A stretch of DNA of 62,837 nt, counting the filler, from Choristocarpus tenellus KU-1152 (Eukaryota; Protista; Phaeophyceae): assembly GCA_964200185.2 (NCBI GenBank). It is 14 parts of 14 records of this genome, joined end to end, with 100 filler letters (N's around TTAATTAATTAA, not from the genome) between each part and the next. Parts side by side here need not be neighbours in the genome. Positions count along the whole stretch, not along the records: positions 35,646 to 39,682 come from CAXNAD020016548.1; positions 39,783 to 42,580 come from CAXNAD020024658.1; positions 42,681 to 48,357 come from CAXNAD020010041.1; positions 48,458 to 51,482 come from CAXNAD020022857.1; 10 more parts are not named here. One strand, written 5' to 3'. The notes under the pieces are model-generated. The model worked only from the letters and a program-made list of their open reading frames with translations, was not told where the DNA came from and did not search any database. The position numbers were made by a program, and so were the translations under genes. The first letter of the stretch is position 1. Every line of letters begins with the position of its first letter. Positions 38,358-50,404 of the stretch are shown here, piece by piece.

Positions 38358-39240
38358 CTACAAAGAAACAGAAACAGAAACAGAGAACCAGCGTGAGGGA
38401 AGGAGGGGGGGAGGGTGGGGGGGGGGAGACAGGGCAAAGGGGATCATTATCATAGTAGAAAACAATATAAAAATTTCAAAGTTGAAGGGTAATATAGTTA
38501 TATATAAAAATGAATTACTGACAAGATGGGAACACATGAGGATGACAGCAAGAAACGAGAGCAGTACAAAAGGTTTTGTAAAGAGTTTGGATTACTTTCC
38601 TTAGGAATATGTAGGGTTAGGGTCAGAGATCCGTTCATAAACATACAGGGCTAAAACACAAATACGCACGCTGATAGAGGGTGAGGTATTACCTGCGCTA
38701 GCACATCATAAAATAGTACACACACACTTGAGTCATCCGAACAAGACCTCTAGCACAATCCCTGACTCAAACATAGTCCTCTTCAGCATCATTCAGAGGT
38801 GTGCACATAAAGTTAATAGCAAGTCGGTAGTACACTACAATAAGAAAGAGAAAAACAGTTCGATCATTTAACTTACCTTGAAACAGTAGTGGCAACACGA
38901 TACAGCGTGACTAGAACAAACAAAAAAAATCAGAGTAGCAGAGAGAGGCAATGATAGTTCCTGGCCAGGTGAGTGTTGCACAAGATTCTACTACCAAGGA
39001 GTTTGAACAATTGAGAGGTGGGATTATTAAAACACAAATGATGAGAAAAAAGAAAAAGTAAGGCGCAAACGGGACACACCCGGGACAGTGAAATTGATCA
39101 CAGTGGTGCAGTATTAACACTGAAAATCAAGAGTGGTGGGGGGAAATGTGGATCAACCCAGTAGCACAATATTCCTATTTGTGATCACAACAAATGTTAG
39201 TAGGAACGCTTGCCCTTCAGTGAGAGCTCTGCGACAAAAA

Positions 39241-39322
39241 CTGGACTAGACTAGACTAGACTAGACTACACTAGACTAGACTGGAATAGACTAGACTAGA
39301 CTGGAATAGACTAGACTAGACT
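39241..39322. repeat. (CTAGA)n pentamer repeat
   Basis: Direct inspection; a (GATTA)n tract lies at 37260-37340 in the same contig. Confidence 0.9.
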
Positions 39323-39610
39323 CTTCATCAACGGTTCTTCCTTCATCCACCCTATCTCCCCCAAACCAACACCTTACGTAACCCACGAGGAGGAGAGCTA
39401 ACCCTAACCCTAACTCTCCCTGAGACAGTTCCAACGACACTACCCCTCTGTTGACACCGATAACCTCACCTTCCAGGGAGAAGAACTCCCTCATCAACAT
39501 CATCTCCGCCAGCCCCCACCCCTTCCTATCTTTCGAACATAAGCAAACCCAATCAAACACCGTTTGTACTCTACTATCCTGAGTACACACTTCTCCCATC
39601 CATGTCAACC

Positions 39611-39660
<50 letters not shown>

Positions 39661-40116
39661 CCCCACCCCCCCCCCCCCCCCCNNNNNNNNNNNNNNNNNN
39701 NNNNNNNNNNNNNNNNNNNNNNNNNNTTAATTAATTAANNNNNNNNNNNNNNNNNNNNNNNNNNNNNNNNNNNNNNNNNNNNTTGTCCTGTGCCCCCAGC
39801 CAACCAGAATTCTCCCGCCCACAAAACTCAGTTTACTTCATAAACTCTCACTTTTTTTAGTATGTCGAAAAAAGCGGTACAAAAATGGGGTTGGTATATA
39901 ATATTTGGTATGAAATAGGTGTAGGTACTGTACTAGCATAACCGTTGACTTAGATACGAAGCAAGAAATAAATAATAAACAAGCAATGAGAAGACACTCT
40001 ACAACAAAGGTTCCTCTTCTAATTTCAACCAGGTAATCACGTTCAGCAAAGGGGGTCGTGTGAGGCTTCACACCTTCTTATCTTCACTACCAACAAATAG
40101 CATTACCTCCCAAGGT

Positions 40117-40730
40117 AATTTGCATAGGTTATGAGCCTAAGCAGTATGGAGAAAAGGAGAAGGTTATGGGCCCGAATGACATGAAGAAGTTGCCCAACTG
40201 GACTGGAACACCAGCACGATCAGTGGAGACTTGGACAACATGGAGATTATATCTGGTGGTTTATGCCAACGAAAGGGTCCATAAGACATTGTGCGGTGAA
40301 AATACATCGTCCTGAACTCACGGAGACACTAACGGAACAGGAACGAATATCGCACTGAAACTACGAGAGGAATCAACGAAGGATGCGCAGAGGACTAGAT
40401 CCCCGTGCAGCTCAACAGAGGAAGTGCGGAGGACGAGATCCCCGTGCAGCTCATCACGAGACCCGATATAAGCTACAGGAAGCTGAACGGGCAATAGTAT
40501 CATCATCGTCATCCCAACAAAGTGCACCTGCACCTTCGACACAAATGGAAGCTGGAGGCTAAGGCGACATGGGATATTGTATGATCGATAAAGAGCAAGA
40601 ACTGGAGGTCAAGGGGGATACTTTGGGTACCTGGTATGCCATGCCGAATATTGAGCAGTGGGACCCTGGGACAAGATGACGTAGTTAATCGAGGCAATGC
40701 AACCGGAGCTGCAATCCTGAGCCATGAGCC

Positions 40731-40769
<39 letters not shown>

Positions 40770-42580
40770 ACAAGAATCTGCCTATGGACCTAGAGCAGTC
40801 GTGACAACACTTGTCCCTGAAGGGGGCACGCCCATCGATTAGAGACCCCAAGATTCTTGCTTACGGAATGAAAAAACCAATTGCTGTACCTGCCACTAGG
40901 GGAGCAGGACGTTAGCAGGAGCAGTAACTAAGCCTCCACAAGAAAGGAAAGGAGGAGCTAACCGTGGGGAGCCTGGGAGCACTCTACCCGCTGGGACCAT
41001 AAACTCATGGAAGAGAACACAGAAGGTGAGCGGAGGAGGCGGCCAAGGTACAACTGGTCAACGTACGGACCATATCACAACAGGATCCCCTACCAGAGAC
41101 GAGATCAAGACCAACAGAAGATGTTTAAACTGTGGACTGATCAAGCATATTGGTTCTTGGTTCTTTCGAAGGAATATTCTACAACTGTGGAGGTAAAGGA
41201 AACCTTCAGATTGTTTGTCGCCAGAGGAGAGCGACACCGTCTAAACAGGCGGAGGAATTAGCTGGACCAGGGTTGGAGCCACAAAAGAAAAACAGTGGAA
41301 GCTTGTCAGCAAAGGGCTGCCTGCACAAGACTTGTAAGTCGGGGAAGTAAATAATATCTACTCCAGACCATCAAGAACCATCTTCCGTATCCGAGGCACC
41401 CTGGCGAGGAAGGTTATTAGCAAAGGACTTCACTCAACGAGAGGATGTACAAGACATTCAATTATGATAGGCTTCAAGCCTGGGGGAGTGAGTGCTACGT
41501 TAACTGGACAAGCATCAAAGGGGGGCCATTTCAAACCCAGGAATGGACCTGACCGAAGAAGAACTGACGAGGAGGAGCTGTACCAAAGGTACAAACCTTA
41601 CCGCACCATCCTGGGGAAACTTATGTTCCTAGCCGGGATGACACAACCAGACCTATCCAACAGTGTGTGGGAACTGGGAAGATATTCAGCATCCCCATGC
41701 GATCGACACTGGAAAGGATTACAACATGTTATGCGATACCTGGCAGGCACCACAAGAGTAGGGATACACTATCCCTGCTGGTGGTGAAATGGACAATGGG
41801 GACCTGGTTGGGTATGGTGACTCAGACTGGGGCAATGCTGAGAATAAAAGAGAAGACCCTCCTCTCTCGATGACACTGCAGCAAGGCGGAGTGTGACAGG
41901 GTATCTGATACTCATGAATGGAGCACCAATTGCATGGAAATTCAAGATGCAAGGAGCTGTAACCACATCTTCATCAGAGGCAGAATGGACAGCGATGATG
42001 CATGGAATGAGGCATGCAAAATTCCTCAAAGGCATCCTGGGGGAGCTGGGCATACTCAAAGGGTTCACGGTTTGGTATGGAGACAATCGAAGTGTGATCC
42101 AAGCAGCAATAACCGAAGGCTTCAAAGGAAGAACAAGGCATATCGACATCAAGCTGAAATGCACCAGGGAGTGTATGTCAATAAAGTATTTTTTTTTAGA
42201 GTGAAGTATATACCCACAACACCACAACCAGCAGACATCTTGACCAAAAGATTACGCAAGAAGCAGGTAGAAGACTTTGTAGACACTGTGTTGACTAGAT
42301 GAATGTCCTGTGTTAAAATTGAAGTGATCTACGTTATTTTACTTCGTTGACAAGATAAATGTGATGTGTGTGAGAATTGAACCAATCTGATGTCTTTTAA
42401 TTCCTTTTTCATGGGGAAGTGTGCAGAATGGGTAGTGTACACAATAAGATGTTTTAGGTTTGAGAGTTTCAGCAACTCTTCATTGCCTGCACTCTCATAG
42501 GGGAGTGTGCAAAATAGGACAATAGTGAAGTGTACCTTATTTTGTGTATATGAGATTATTGTGTTGAATTGAGTCCATGT
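40117..42580 (+). mobile_element. Ty1/copia retrotransposon, internally deleted and degenerate
   Basis: PBS GGTTATG(A/G)GCC; PYRTILGKLMFLAGMTQPDL, GYGDSDWG, RSVTGY, IAWK..TTSSSEAEW, YGDN, RTRHIDIK, ADILTK; PPT followed by a TGTGCA LTR start. Confidence 0.9.
40725..40769 (+). repeat. (GAGCCT)n hexamer inside the copia element
   Basis: Six to seven units, reading EPEPEP. Confidence 0.9.
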
Positions 42581-42703
42581 NNNNNNNNNNNNNNNNNNNN
42601 NNNNNNNNNNNNNNNNNNNNNNNNTTAATTAATTAANNNNNNNNNNNNNNNNNNNNNNNNNNNNNNNNNNNNNNNNNNNNAAAAAAAGAGAAAAAAAGTA
42701 ACA

Positions 42704-42876
42704 GGGGGGGGGGGGGGGGGGGTCTACACCATGGTGTCCATTTCGGTCATAACCAGGAAAAGCACGCTTACATTATCCATCCGACGTATGCAACCAAATC
42801 ACCCAAAAATTGCGACATGGAAAAAATCGGCCCCAATTGGACAGCCGCCACCCCCACCCCCCAGATACTTTGAGCC
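42704..42876 (-). mobile_element. MITE family B
   Basis: Poly-G, GTCCATTTCGGTC..CCAAATCACCCAAAAA..AGATACTTTGAGCC. Confidence 0.9.
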
Positions 42877-43387
42877 AGAGCATGAGTGACACATACTCCA
42901 GTGGCCCCAAAAACCAAATCAGGTAGAACACTATGTTACTTCTGGTAGACTTCATCCAGTTCATTTCTTCTTCCCCCACCTTGTGCAATCTCTGCTGTCA
43001 ACTCTGACCAAAAACCCTAGAGGGGTAGGCCGCAGTCATTTCAGGGTGGCCTCGGAGGTGCACCCACACATAGTGTTGATGGGACAGGGCTACCACCATA
43101 TGGTGACATGCACATGATGCGGTTGCCCTACAGGTGAGCTCAAACCCACCTATGTGGGAAGAGATAATTGTGGCCCCTTAGTGTTGCTCAAAATGCGGTA
43201 TGCTTACGTAAAATCAGATTAAGCAAACGATGTTAGGCCATTTTCATGGAAAATTTGGAAGAGATTAATGGAACCACAAGTGACTGCAATAGTCATCACT
43301 CATACCATCTCCTCTTCCGTACCCACTGACCATGCCCCCCCCTCTAAACCCCTGTCCTGCCTTGGTTGCTAACTTGTAAATGGCCAG

Positions 43388-43577
43388 GTTTGACCCTCTC
43401 TTCATTGAAGACCCCCTAAATTTCAGCAACAATGTGGGGCGCAATTGTTTCCGCATTTACCAGATACAAAGGGCATGGAGTGATGCCCATGCCTCACTGA
43501 CCAGAGCGCTAGACGATGACCTTCAGTCAGGCTGCCTACTCAAGTGCATCATATCCGACCCTGAGCCGGAGTCTTGA
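43388..43577 (+). CDS. Non-canonical poly(A) polymerase / nucleotidyltransferase (PAP-associated domain), last exon
   Basis: CAG|..FDPLFIEDPLNFSNNVGRNCFRIYQIQRAWSDAH..*; the IEDP...NNVGRNxFR nucleotide-recognition motif of the TRF4/Cid1-like family. Confidence 0.85.
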
Positions 43578-43866
43578 TTCTATTCCCATCTTTTTATGGC
43601 TTGCTGGTGCATTCACATACTATGGGTTATGAAGCCAGTGTGTAGATATTGTTTTTACATTTCCTCAAGGATAGAGCATCGTTACACTTTCTCAATTGTT
43701 TGGAGCAGTTTGGGGAGATTTTTATTCTTTTTTGTAGTTGTAGCAAGCAATTGATAGGCTTTTTGGTTATGCTCGGGGTACCCACTGTAGTGGGTAAGGG
43801 ATTTTTGAGGATACCAGCAACTGTTATTCCATCTGAAAGGGAAATAGTATGTTTTTAATGCCCAGA

Positions 43867-44130
43867 GTGACAAACCAATTGGGAGGTAAACCACCTTGGA
43901 CCCTTTCGCATCTCAAGTCATCTTTCTCGCCCTGTTCAATATACTCTTATTTCATTGTTTGATGTGCACAATAGTGTACGCATAATTGATATTCCCCCCT
44001 TCCCATGCACAATGAGACACTACAATTCAGCAAAAGCTCTTTCTGGAATCAGTTGTACAAATTGGGTATTTTTTATCTTTCTCTGGATGCTTAAAATGCA
44101 ACCCTTCCTACCTCTCAGTCGGTTTGACTC
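43867..44130 (+). mobile_element. MITE family D, full copy with 4-bp TSD
   Basis: GTGACAAACCAATTGGGAGGTA / TACCTCTCAGTCGGTTTGACTC; CAGA on both flanks; internal sequence homologous to 45704-45953. Confidence 0.8.
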
Positions 44131-45002
44131 CAGAACAAGTTGAGAACCCAGATATTTTGCCTACAAGGCACACACAAAAAATGGAGATGCTGCTCCTTAA
44201 ACAAGAACGGTGACTTGAGTTCTGCAGTTCTGCTTTCCTTCACAATTTCTCAGAGCAGATGTTAGGTATATTCTGCTGGTGTGTAGAAGTAAGATGTCTC
44301 TAAATCTTCACTTGAAAAATCATAACCCTCCAACCCACTAAATTATTCACAATTTTTGATAAAACATTGATCCACAAGATCTTTTTTTCATTCACAGACT
44401 CCTGATTGGGGTTACCTGAATTTGGTGCATGAAATGGGGTGTCAAGCACCAAATTTGTAAGCCCTTGAACAACAAAATTGTCAACCCCCCCCTCTCTAGG
44501 ATACTTTCACTCTTACTCTACAGTCATCAACACAGCCTAGGACAAGAGGGATAATGAAAAACAGTCCAGGTGGTGGTGGTAACAAGGCAGCGGTATAGTA
44601 AAATTAATTGGTGCCTAACCAAACTTACTGGAAGTTGCAAGTGCGTCTGGAAACAACTCGAAGAGAAATAGGATGCAAAATGTTGTTTGCCACACAGTAG
44701 CAAACACACGTGATTCTGGATAGAGTCCCTGATCCAATCCTCCTTCCTGCCACCACCAATATGAGATTATCTTACTAGCATTATAGCTCTATCTGGCAGT
44801 CCCCTGCCCCCCCCTCTTTCCCTCCTCTGCAATTGATGTCTCATCCTGTGCGGGTATATCCCATGTGTGGGGTTAAATTAAGCATCGTCTTGAATCTGTT
44901 GAGACACCAGTGCCAATGGGAGTTCACATATGACAAACTGGAATTGAAAGGCTGCTCCCCATGTCTTGTCCACGCCACATTAGGTTTGTCCAGACGGCCA
45001 AG

Positions 45003-45262
45003 GAGTGAAGATATCTTAGCAGGTAGTACAAGTTTTTCCCTGTTTGTCCGTTTGGGGCTTGGATTCCCGCGGGTTTTATTATGACATCTTCCCACTCTGA
45101 AATGTTTCGTAGTAGGTAATATGTGTACGATACGAGAAGGTGTCCAAAACAAGGATATTGACAATTTCTAACAAGTACAATAGCCAAAATTACATCAAAA
45201 TCGCAACATTGAATTTTGGGCCCCAAACGAACGCGGCTCTACCCTCTAAGGTACTTTGACTC
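45003..45262 (+). mobile_element. MITE family A, full copy
   Basis: Same TIRs and internal sequence; AAG on both flanks. Confidence 0.93.
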
Positions 45263-45703
45263 AAGAGGAGAAGGTGAAAGCTTAGATGCTTTTTCTCACA
45301 AAGGCCGGTTACGATGAAGTCTCCTCAAGCTTTCCTCAGGGCGCTCTATTGTGCATATCATGTTGACCTTGTTCTTTAACTTTGTCTGGCAATGGTCAAG
45401 ATCGCCAGCATTCATGAGGTTCACCCTCTTGCCATCGGTTGGTGTTGGTGGGCGTGAGGCACGGAGTCCACTCTCTGACCACTGTCACCATGTTTTGCTT
45501 CCTTCCTAAGTCCCTTTCCCTTGTGTATACTGATACACACAGTAGCATGCTAAACCTCGCCTGCTGACCCCCTGGAGCACAACCAAGGCGTTCCAATCCT
45601 GGCTTAGCGCAAAAGGGCAGTTGAGGTATCAAATTGTTGGAGAGAATTGAGATGTAGGAAGGGGCATGCAGCAATGGATTGTTGGTGATGCAGTAACATC
45701 AAA

Positions 45704-45953
45704 GAGCCAAAAAAATCGAGAGATAGGTTTGGACCCTTTTGCGATTCCAAGCCATCTTACGATGTGAAATACACTCTATTCCATTCCTTTATGTATGTGC
45801 ACAATAGTGAACGCAAAATTGATATTGTTTTTTCGCACATAAAGCGACGCACCAATGAAGCGATTTCTCTGCCCGCAATTGTCCAAAATGGCATATCTTT
45901 GCCCTTGCTCGGGATGCTTAAAATGCAACTCTACCTATCTCTCGGTTTGACTC
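45704..45953 (+). mobile_element. MITE family D, second copy
   Basis: GAGCCAAA..CGAGAGATAGGT / ACCTATCTCTCG..TTTGACTC; AAA(G) flanks; shares TTGGACCCTTT, GTGCACAATAGTG and GGATGCTTAAAATGCAAC with the first copy. Confidence 0.8.
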
Positions 45954-48139
45954 AAAGAAGCTAAGTTGCTTGATGTTTGTAGAGATTTTACAACACTCAA
46001 ATTATGTTCAAGGAGAGGGAAGGTCGTGTGTGTGGGGACAATGACAAGAAAGAATAAAGTGGATACATCGCCGCAGCTCGCCGTCGTGCGATAAAGGTCG
46101 TGACAACATACATAAACTGGCTCCATTCTGTGATTTGGAGTTGTCTATGATCCTCATAAAATGATACAGCATCGAAAACAGGGTGGTTCATCCCATCCCA
46201 AAAAAGATGTCGTGTACCCGATTCGATTGTTGTACATAGCAGTAGATGCGAAGGCGTATGGATACCTGTAACTAACTGTCGTCAGATACCCACCCCCCTT
46301 CCCACATCTACTACTACTGCATGTTGTTACAGTCCCACAATTTTTTATTAAAACAATTTTTTGTTGAGCATTGTTGCGTAGTCTGTTGGTCACAATGTGG
46401 TTTGTTTTTTCTGGAGTGATAGGACTTTGGTCGTCTGTGACGGCTTCAATTTTATTCGTTTAGAATCCCGTGTTGACACTTTGAAGCTCGAAGTTACGCA
46501 CAGACGGCATACTAAAATAGCACACATGATGGTTTTGTAGGTCGATAATCGAATTCTTTCATCACTGTATAATACACTAATTGGAGTAGGACTAGGTTGA
46601 GATGTTTTATTTATGTGTAACTAACAATAAAAAAAAATATTTTTTTAGAGGGTTAAATAATCTTGATATCATCAAAGTTTGGAGTTGTTTGGTGCATGGT
46701 AGTTTAGTTCTCGATCTAGCGCAAGCTTTCGCCATGACTTGAGGCAGTAAGCCCCACTACCCTGTGACGGCATTTCGCCTTCGTTTATATTGTTAAGATA
46801 TGAGAGGTCTATTACGGCTCCAACAAATGGACGAAGCTTCACCGGAAGTCCAGGACTGAGTAAGGTGTGAGGCGAATCTTTTTGATGATGCGTTCCCACC
46901 TTGCGCTAGGATTTCCCCTGTTGTGCTTGCTTGAGGGGCGCGTTCGGCTAGGATATCACCCGTGCGTGCATAGGGGCAGAAGCATGAAGTAGTAAGAAAT
47001 TGTTAGCTTAGGAAGTCGCGAGGGATTGATGGATACGCCTCAGATGTTTGGTTCATCAAACCGACTGGGTATGTCTTGAGTCGATTTCAAGGTGTAGATC
47101 CGGTGGATTACCTGTCCGAGGCATGAACAATTCAAACATAATGCCACCTTAATTTTTCCCCCTCGCTCCTCACCCTCTTGCTCATCACTATTGCCAACCC
47201 CACCCGCCCAGGCTCTCTATACTCTTCTACACTTTCCGATCTAGAAGGAGTACTTTGTTTGCCTCATTGCCTCACGCTACGTCCAACTGCGTTTAAGTCC
47301 ACTACATTTTCACCATGGCGAGCATGTGTCCGACCTATGGAGCAATATTTTCCCACCAACTCCCTCTCTACCTTTGAATCCCCACCCTTTGTGCTGTCAC
47401 TCTTAGACTTTATTTCCCTACTCTTCAACTCTACTCACCCACTCTAAATATTCACATTCTTCCATTCTTGACCCCTCGATACTCTGATCACCACTCTTTG
47501 TTAGTCTCTCCCTGATCCTTGTTCACGGGCTGGTGCTCCAGTCACTCCATATCGGCATGCGCTCCAGTTGCCTGCTTCTGCTGGTGGCAGTGCTTGTGGT
47601 CCCCTTAGCATCTTTCCCTTGTACCATTGCTCAGGTAGGCTGGCTGTTGTTACTCCAGATATCGGCCTCACACCCTTGGATTTTGCTTCTGAAGTACTTC
47701 AAGGATGGCTTCGTAAGAAAGGGTGAATGTTGTATTTTGTGATATAAACGAGGGCCGCCGAATTCCAAGTTTATATCAAGGTGTCATCGGACCCCGGTGT
47801 GTGTGTGTGTGTGTGTGTTGATTTCATCAGGATTTGCCTTGTCAGACATGACTGGGACAGGAACTGCCTCTCCATGAAAGAAGAGGTTGATGGCCTCATT
47901 TTCTCACCTCATACCTCTTCTGTGACCTCTACAATCATTATACTGCAGGATGGCTCAGTTCGCAACCTCCCAAGGGACAGCATTATTTGGGGTTTGGCTG
48001 CTTACCACTACATGAAGAATGCATGAGGTGTTCTGCAACTTCTCCGGAGGTTGCAGGGTCCAGGCCGACAAAAACTCTGAGCTCTCGATGGAGTTGTTTG
48101 AAACGAAGCTGAAAGTGAGTGTCCCTTGATGTCATTTAT

Positions 48140-48320
48140 GGCTCAAAGTATCTGGGGGCGGGGGGTGGCGGCTGTCCATTTGGGACCAGTTTTTTCATGT
48201 CGCGATTTTTGGGTGATTTGGTTCCATACGTTGGGTGGATAATGAAAGTGCACTTTTCCTGGTTTTGGTTCAAATGGACACTCTGGTGTAGACCCCCCCA
48301 CCCCCCCCCCCCCCCCCCCC
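48140..48320 (+). mobile_element. MITE family B
   Basis: GGCTCAAAGTATCTGGGGG..CAAATGGACACTCTGGTGTAGA + poly-C; right TIR missing. Confidence 0.9.
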
Positions 48321-49559
48321 TTCACGTCCTCTCGTGATCGCGCCACCGAGCCGAACCNNNNNNNNNNNNNNNNNNNNNNNNNNNNNNNNNNNNNNNNNNN
48401 NTTAATTAATTAANNNNNNNNNNNNNNNNNNNNNNNNNNNNNNNNNNNNNNNNNNNNTTCAACTAATCACTAGTCAAAGGTTCTGATAACTCAACCACTA
48501 ATTGATTGTTCCGTTACTCTGTAACTGTCCACGTAACTGTCCGATAGAGTTGGAAGAGTCTAATCGAACAGGTTGTAGCTGTAGCCCATGCCGCTAATCA
48601 CGGAATTTCAATCTACCTCACCCCCTTATCCCATACATACGACTTTTGCTTCTATTTCAAGTAGGTAAGGTCAACCACCTATTATTTGTTTTAATCTGAC
48701 TCATGTATGGCAATGTCCCAAAATTGAAGCAATCTTATGGAAGTAGAGGAGTCGAGCTGAAAGAAGTAGGTTGCAAGAGTATTTTTTTCCTTCTGGACGA
48801 TATGATTGTTTTCGCATTTCACTCCCTCACAGCTCAAAATGCACTCACTGGGAACAGTTAATGTGAACAGAGCAGTGAACTGTGCCAGGCTCAAGCATCG
48901 GCCTCTGAGTGTCCTATGTAGAAACCGAGCCAAACTTCCCAGAGGGATACTTGCCTGCCAAGTATTGTATAGCACTATGTGCAAAGCAAAGCTAAACACC
49001 TCCGAAAGATCCCTCTGGGTAAAATTCTAAGTTTGAAAAGATCTTAAGGCCTGTAGTTGTGGTGTAGTTTAGGACACGACATTCATTACTCTGGACTTCT
49101 CTTGGATTCACAATAGTTGTGTGCCTAGGAAGCTTGAGCAAAGAGTGTAAAAGACATCCCACCACACCTTAAAGAGACCTTTCGGCGATTTGACCATATG
49201 CTGTGGTTGTGGACGTTGGAGCTATGGAAGCGGGAGATGACAGCGGTAGATAGGACTGAGGGGGGACCTTAGGTAGAGGGGTGGGGAATGGAACCATGTC
49301 TTTGGAAGAGAAAAAATCCCAGTGGTGGACTATCAACCTTGTTTTCTACACTAGAGGCACTCAGGGATCCCTGACTTCAATGAATGGGAGACATCAACCA
49401 GGTTGACCAGGCTCCTGGTGCCTCCAGGGACAGAGGATCAGCATTCAGGAACCTCGTTTCCAGCACAAGTGCAAGAGGTCTTGCAAACGCTGAAAAGAGG
49501 AGAGAAGAAACCCACCAGTGCCAACAACCTCTGCCCCCGTTCCTCTTCCCAGTGCCCCT

Positions 49560-50345
49560 CACTGCTCCAGCTTGTGTGGTCTTATTGAGTTGAAGTATGC
49601 ATGTACCCCACTGTCCTGAACGGTTGGATCTCGTCTGGAGTAGATGTTGTCCCGTACCATTTTTGGTGTGGCGAAGGACTGCCCTTGTTTGCAGTAGTAG
49701 CACAGATGTTGAACATGGCTGTAGTCGTGCTCATCGCCTCCACCCACAGCTTCGTGCTGCTTCCTCCATTTAAATCCTCCAGCAGTGCCATTGCCTTCTC
49801 TTTCTGCAGCCTCAACGCCTGCTCAGTCACTCCGCAAAAGAGAAAACAGCTCACTAGAGCCAATTCTGAGTCAAAGTATCTTAGAGGGTAGAGCCGCGTC
49901 CATTTGGGGGCCAGAACCCAATGTTGCAATTTTGAAGTAATTTTGGCTATCGGGCTTGTTGGTAAATGTCAATATCCTTGTTCCGGACACACCTTTTCAT
50001 AAGGTATAGCTATTACCTACACCGAAACATTTTGGAGTAGGAAAATATAAAAAAAACTCGTGGGAAGCTAAGCCCCAAACGGACAAACAGGGCAAAACCC
50101 GTACCCTCTAAGATTCTTTCACTCCAGGCACTTTCCTCCAGAGCTCGGAGCTTTCATTGGTCCAGTGAGATCGATGAAGAGGTGGCCTAGTTTTTCCGTT
50201 GCTCTAGTCGGCGTTGTCTTTGACTCTGCATGATGGCAAAGCCTTGGCTTTAGAACACCCTATGCAGCGTTTCCATACACCCGTCAGCGTGATTCTAGTT
50301 GCTGCTGCTGTCTTTCTCATGATCTGCTCATTTGGATATCCTAGA
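49560..50345 (-). mobile_element. Ty1/copia integrase remnant interrupted by a MITE
   Basis: LGYPNEQIMRKTA...CIGCSKAK (GAG-pre-integrase zinc region), LFIDLTGPM..SSGGK; after the MITE, GVTEQA...LWVEAM...SPHQKWYG...QPFRTVGY. Confidence 0.88.
49868..50124 (-). mobile_element. MITE family A, full copy
   Basis: Reverse orientation, inside the copia integrase; no TSD. Confidence 0.95.
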
Positions 50346-50348
50346 TGA

Positions 50349-50404
50349 GGGTCAAAGTATCTGGAGGGGGGTGGTGGTTAGTGAGGGGGCGTCCATTTCG
50401 GCCC
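50349..50404 (+). mobile_element. MITE family B end fragment
   Basis: GGGTCAAAGTATCTGGAGGGGGG..GTCCATTTCG. Confidence 0.8.

Noticed and set aside
46660-47150. CpG-rich block with a possible pseudoknot (GCCTCAGA/TCCGAGGC and TGTTTGGTTCAT/ATGAAC..CAAACA) as RNase P/MRP or telomerase RNA
   Set aside because: The CR-I/CR-V consensus is not properly met and there is no telomeric template. One frame reads like a decayed protein. An Infernal/Rfam scan would be needed to revive the idea.
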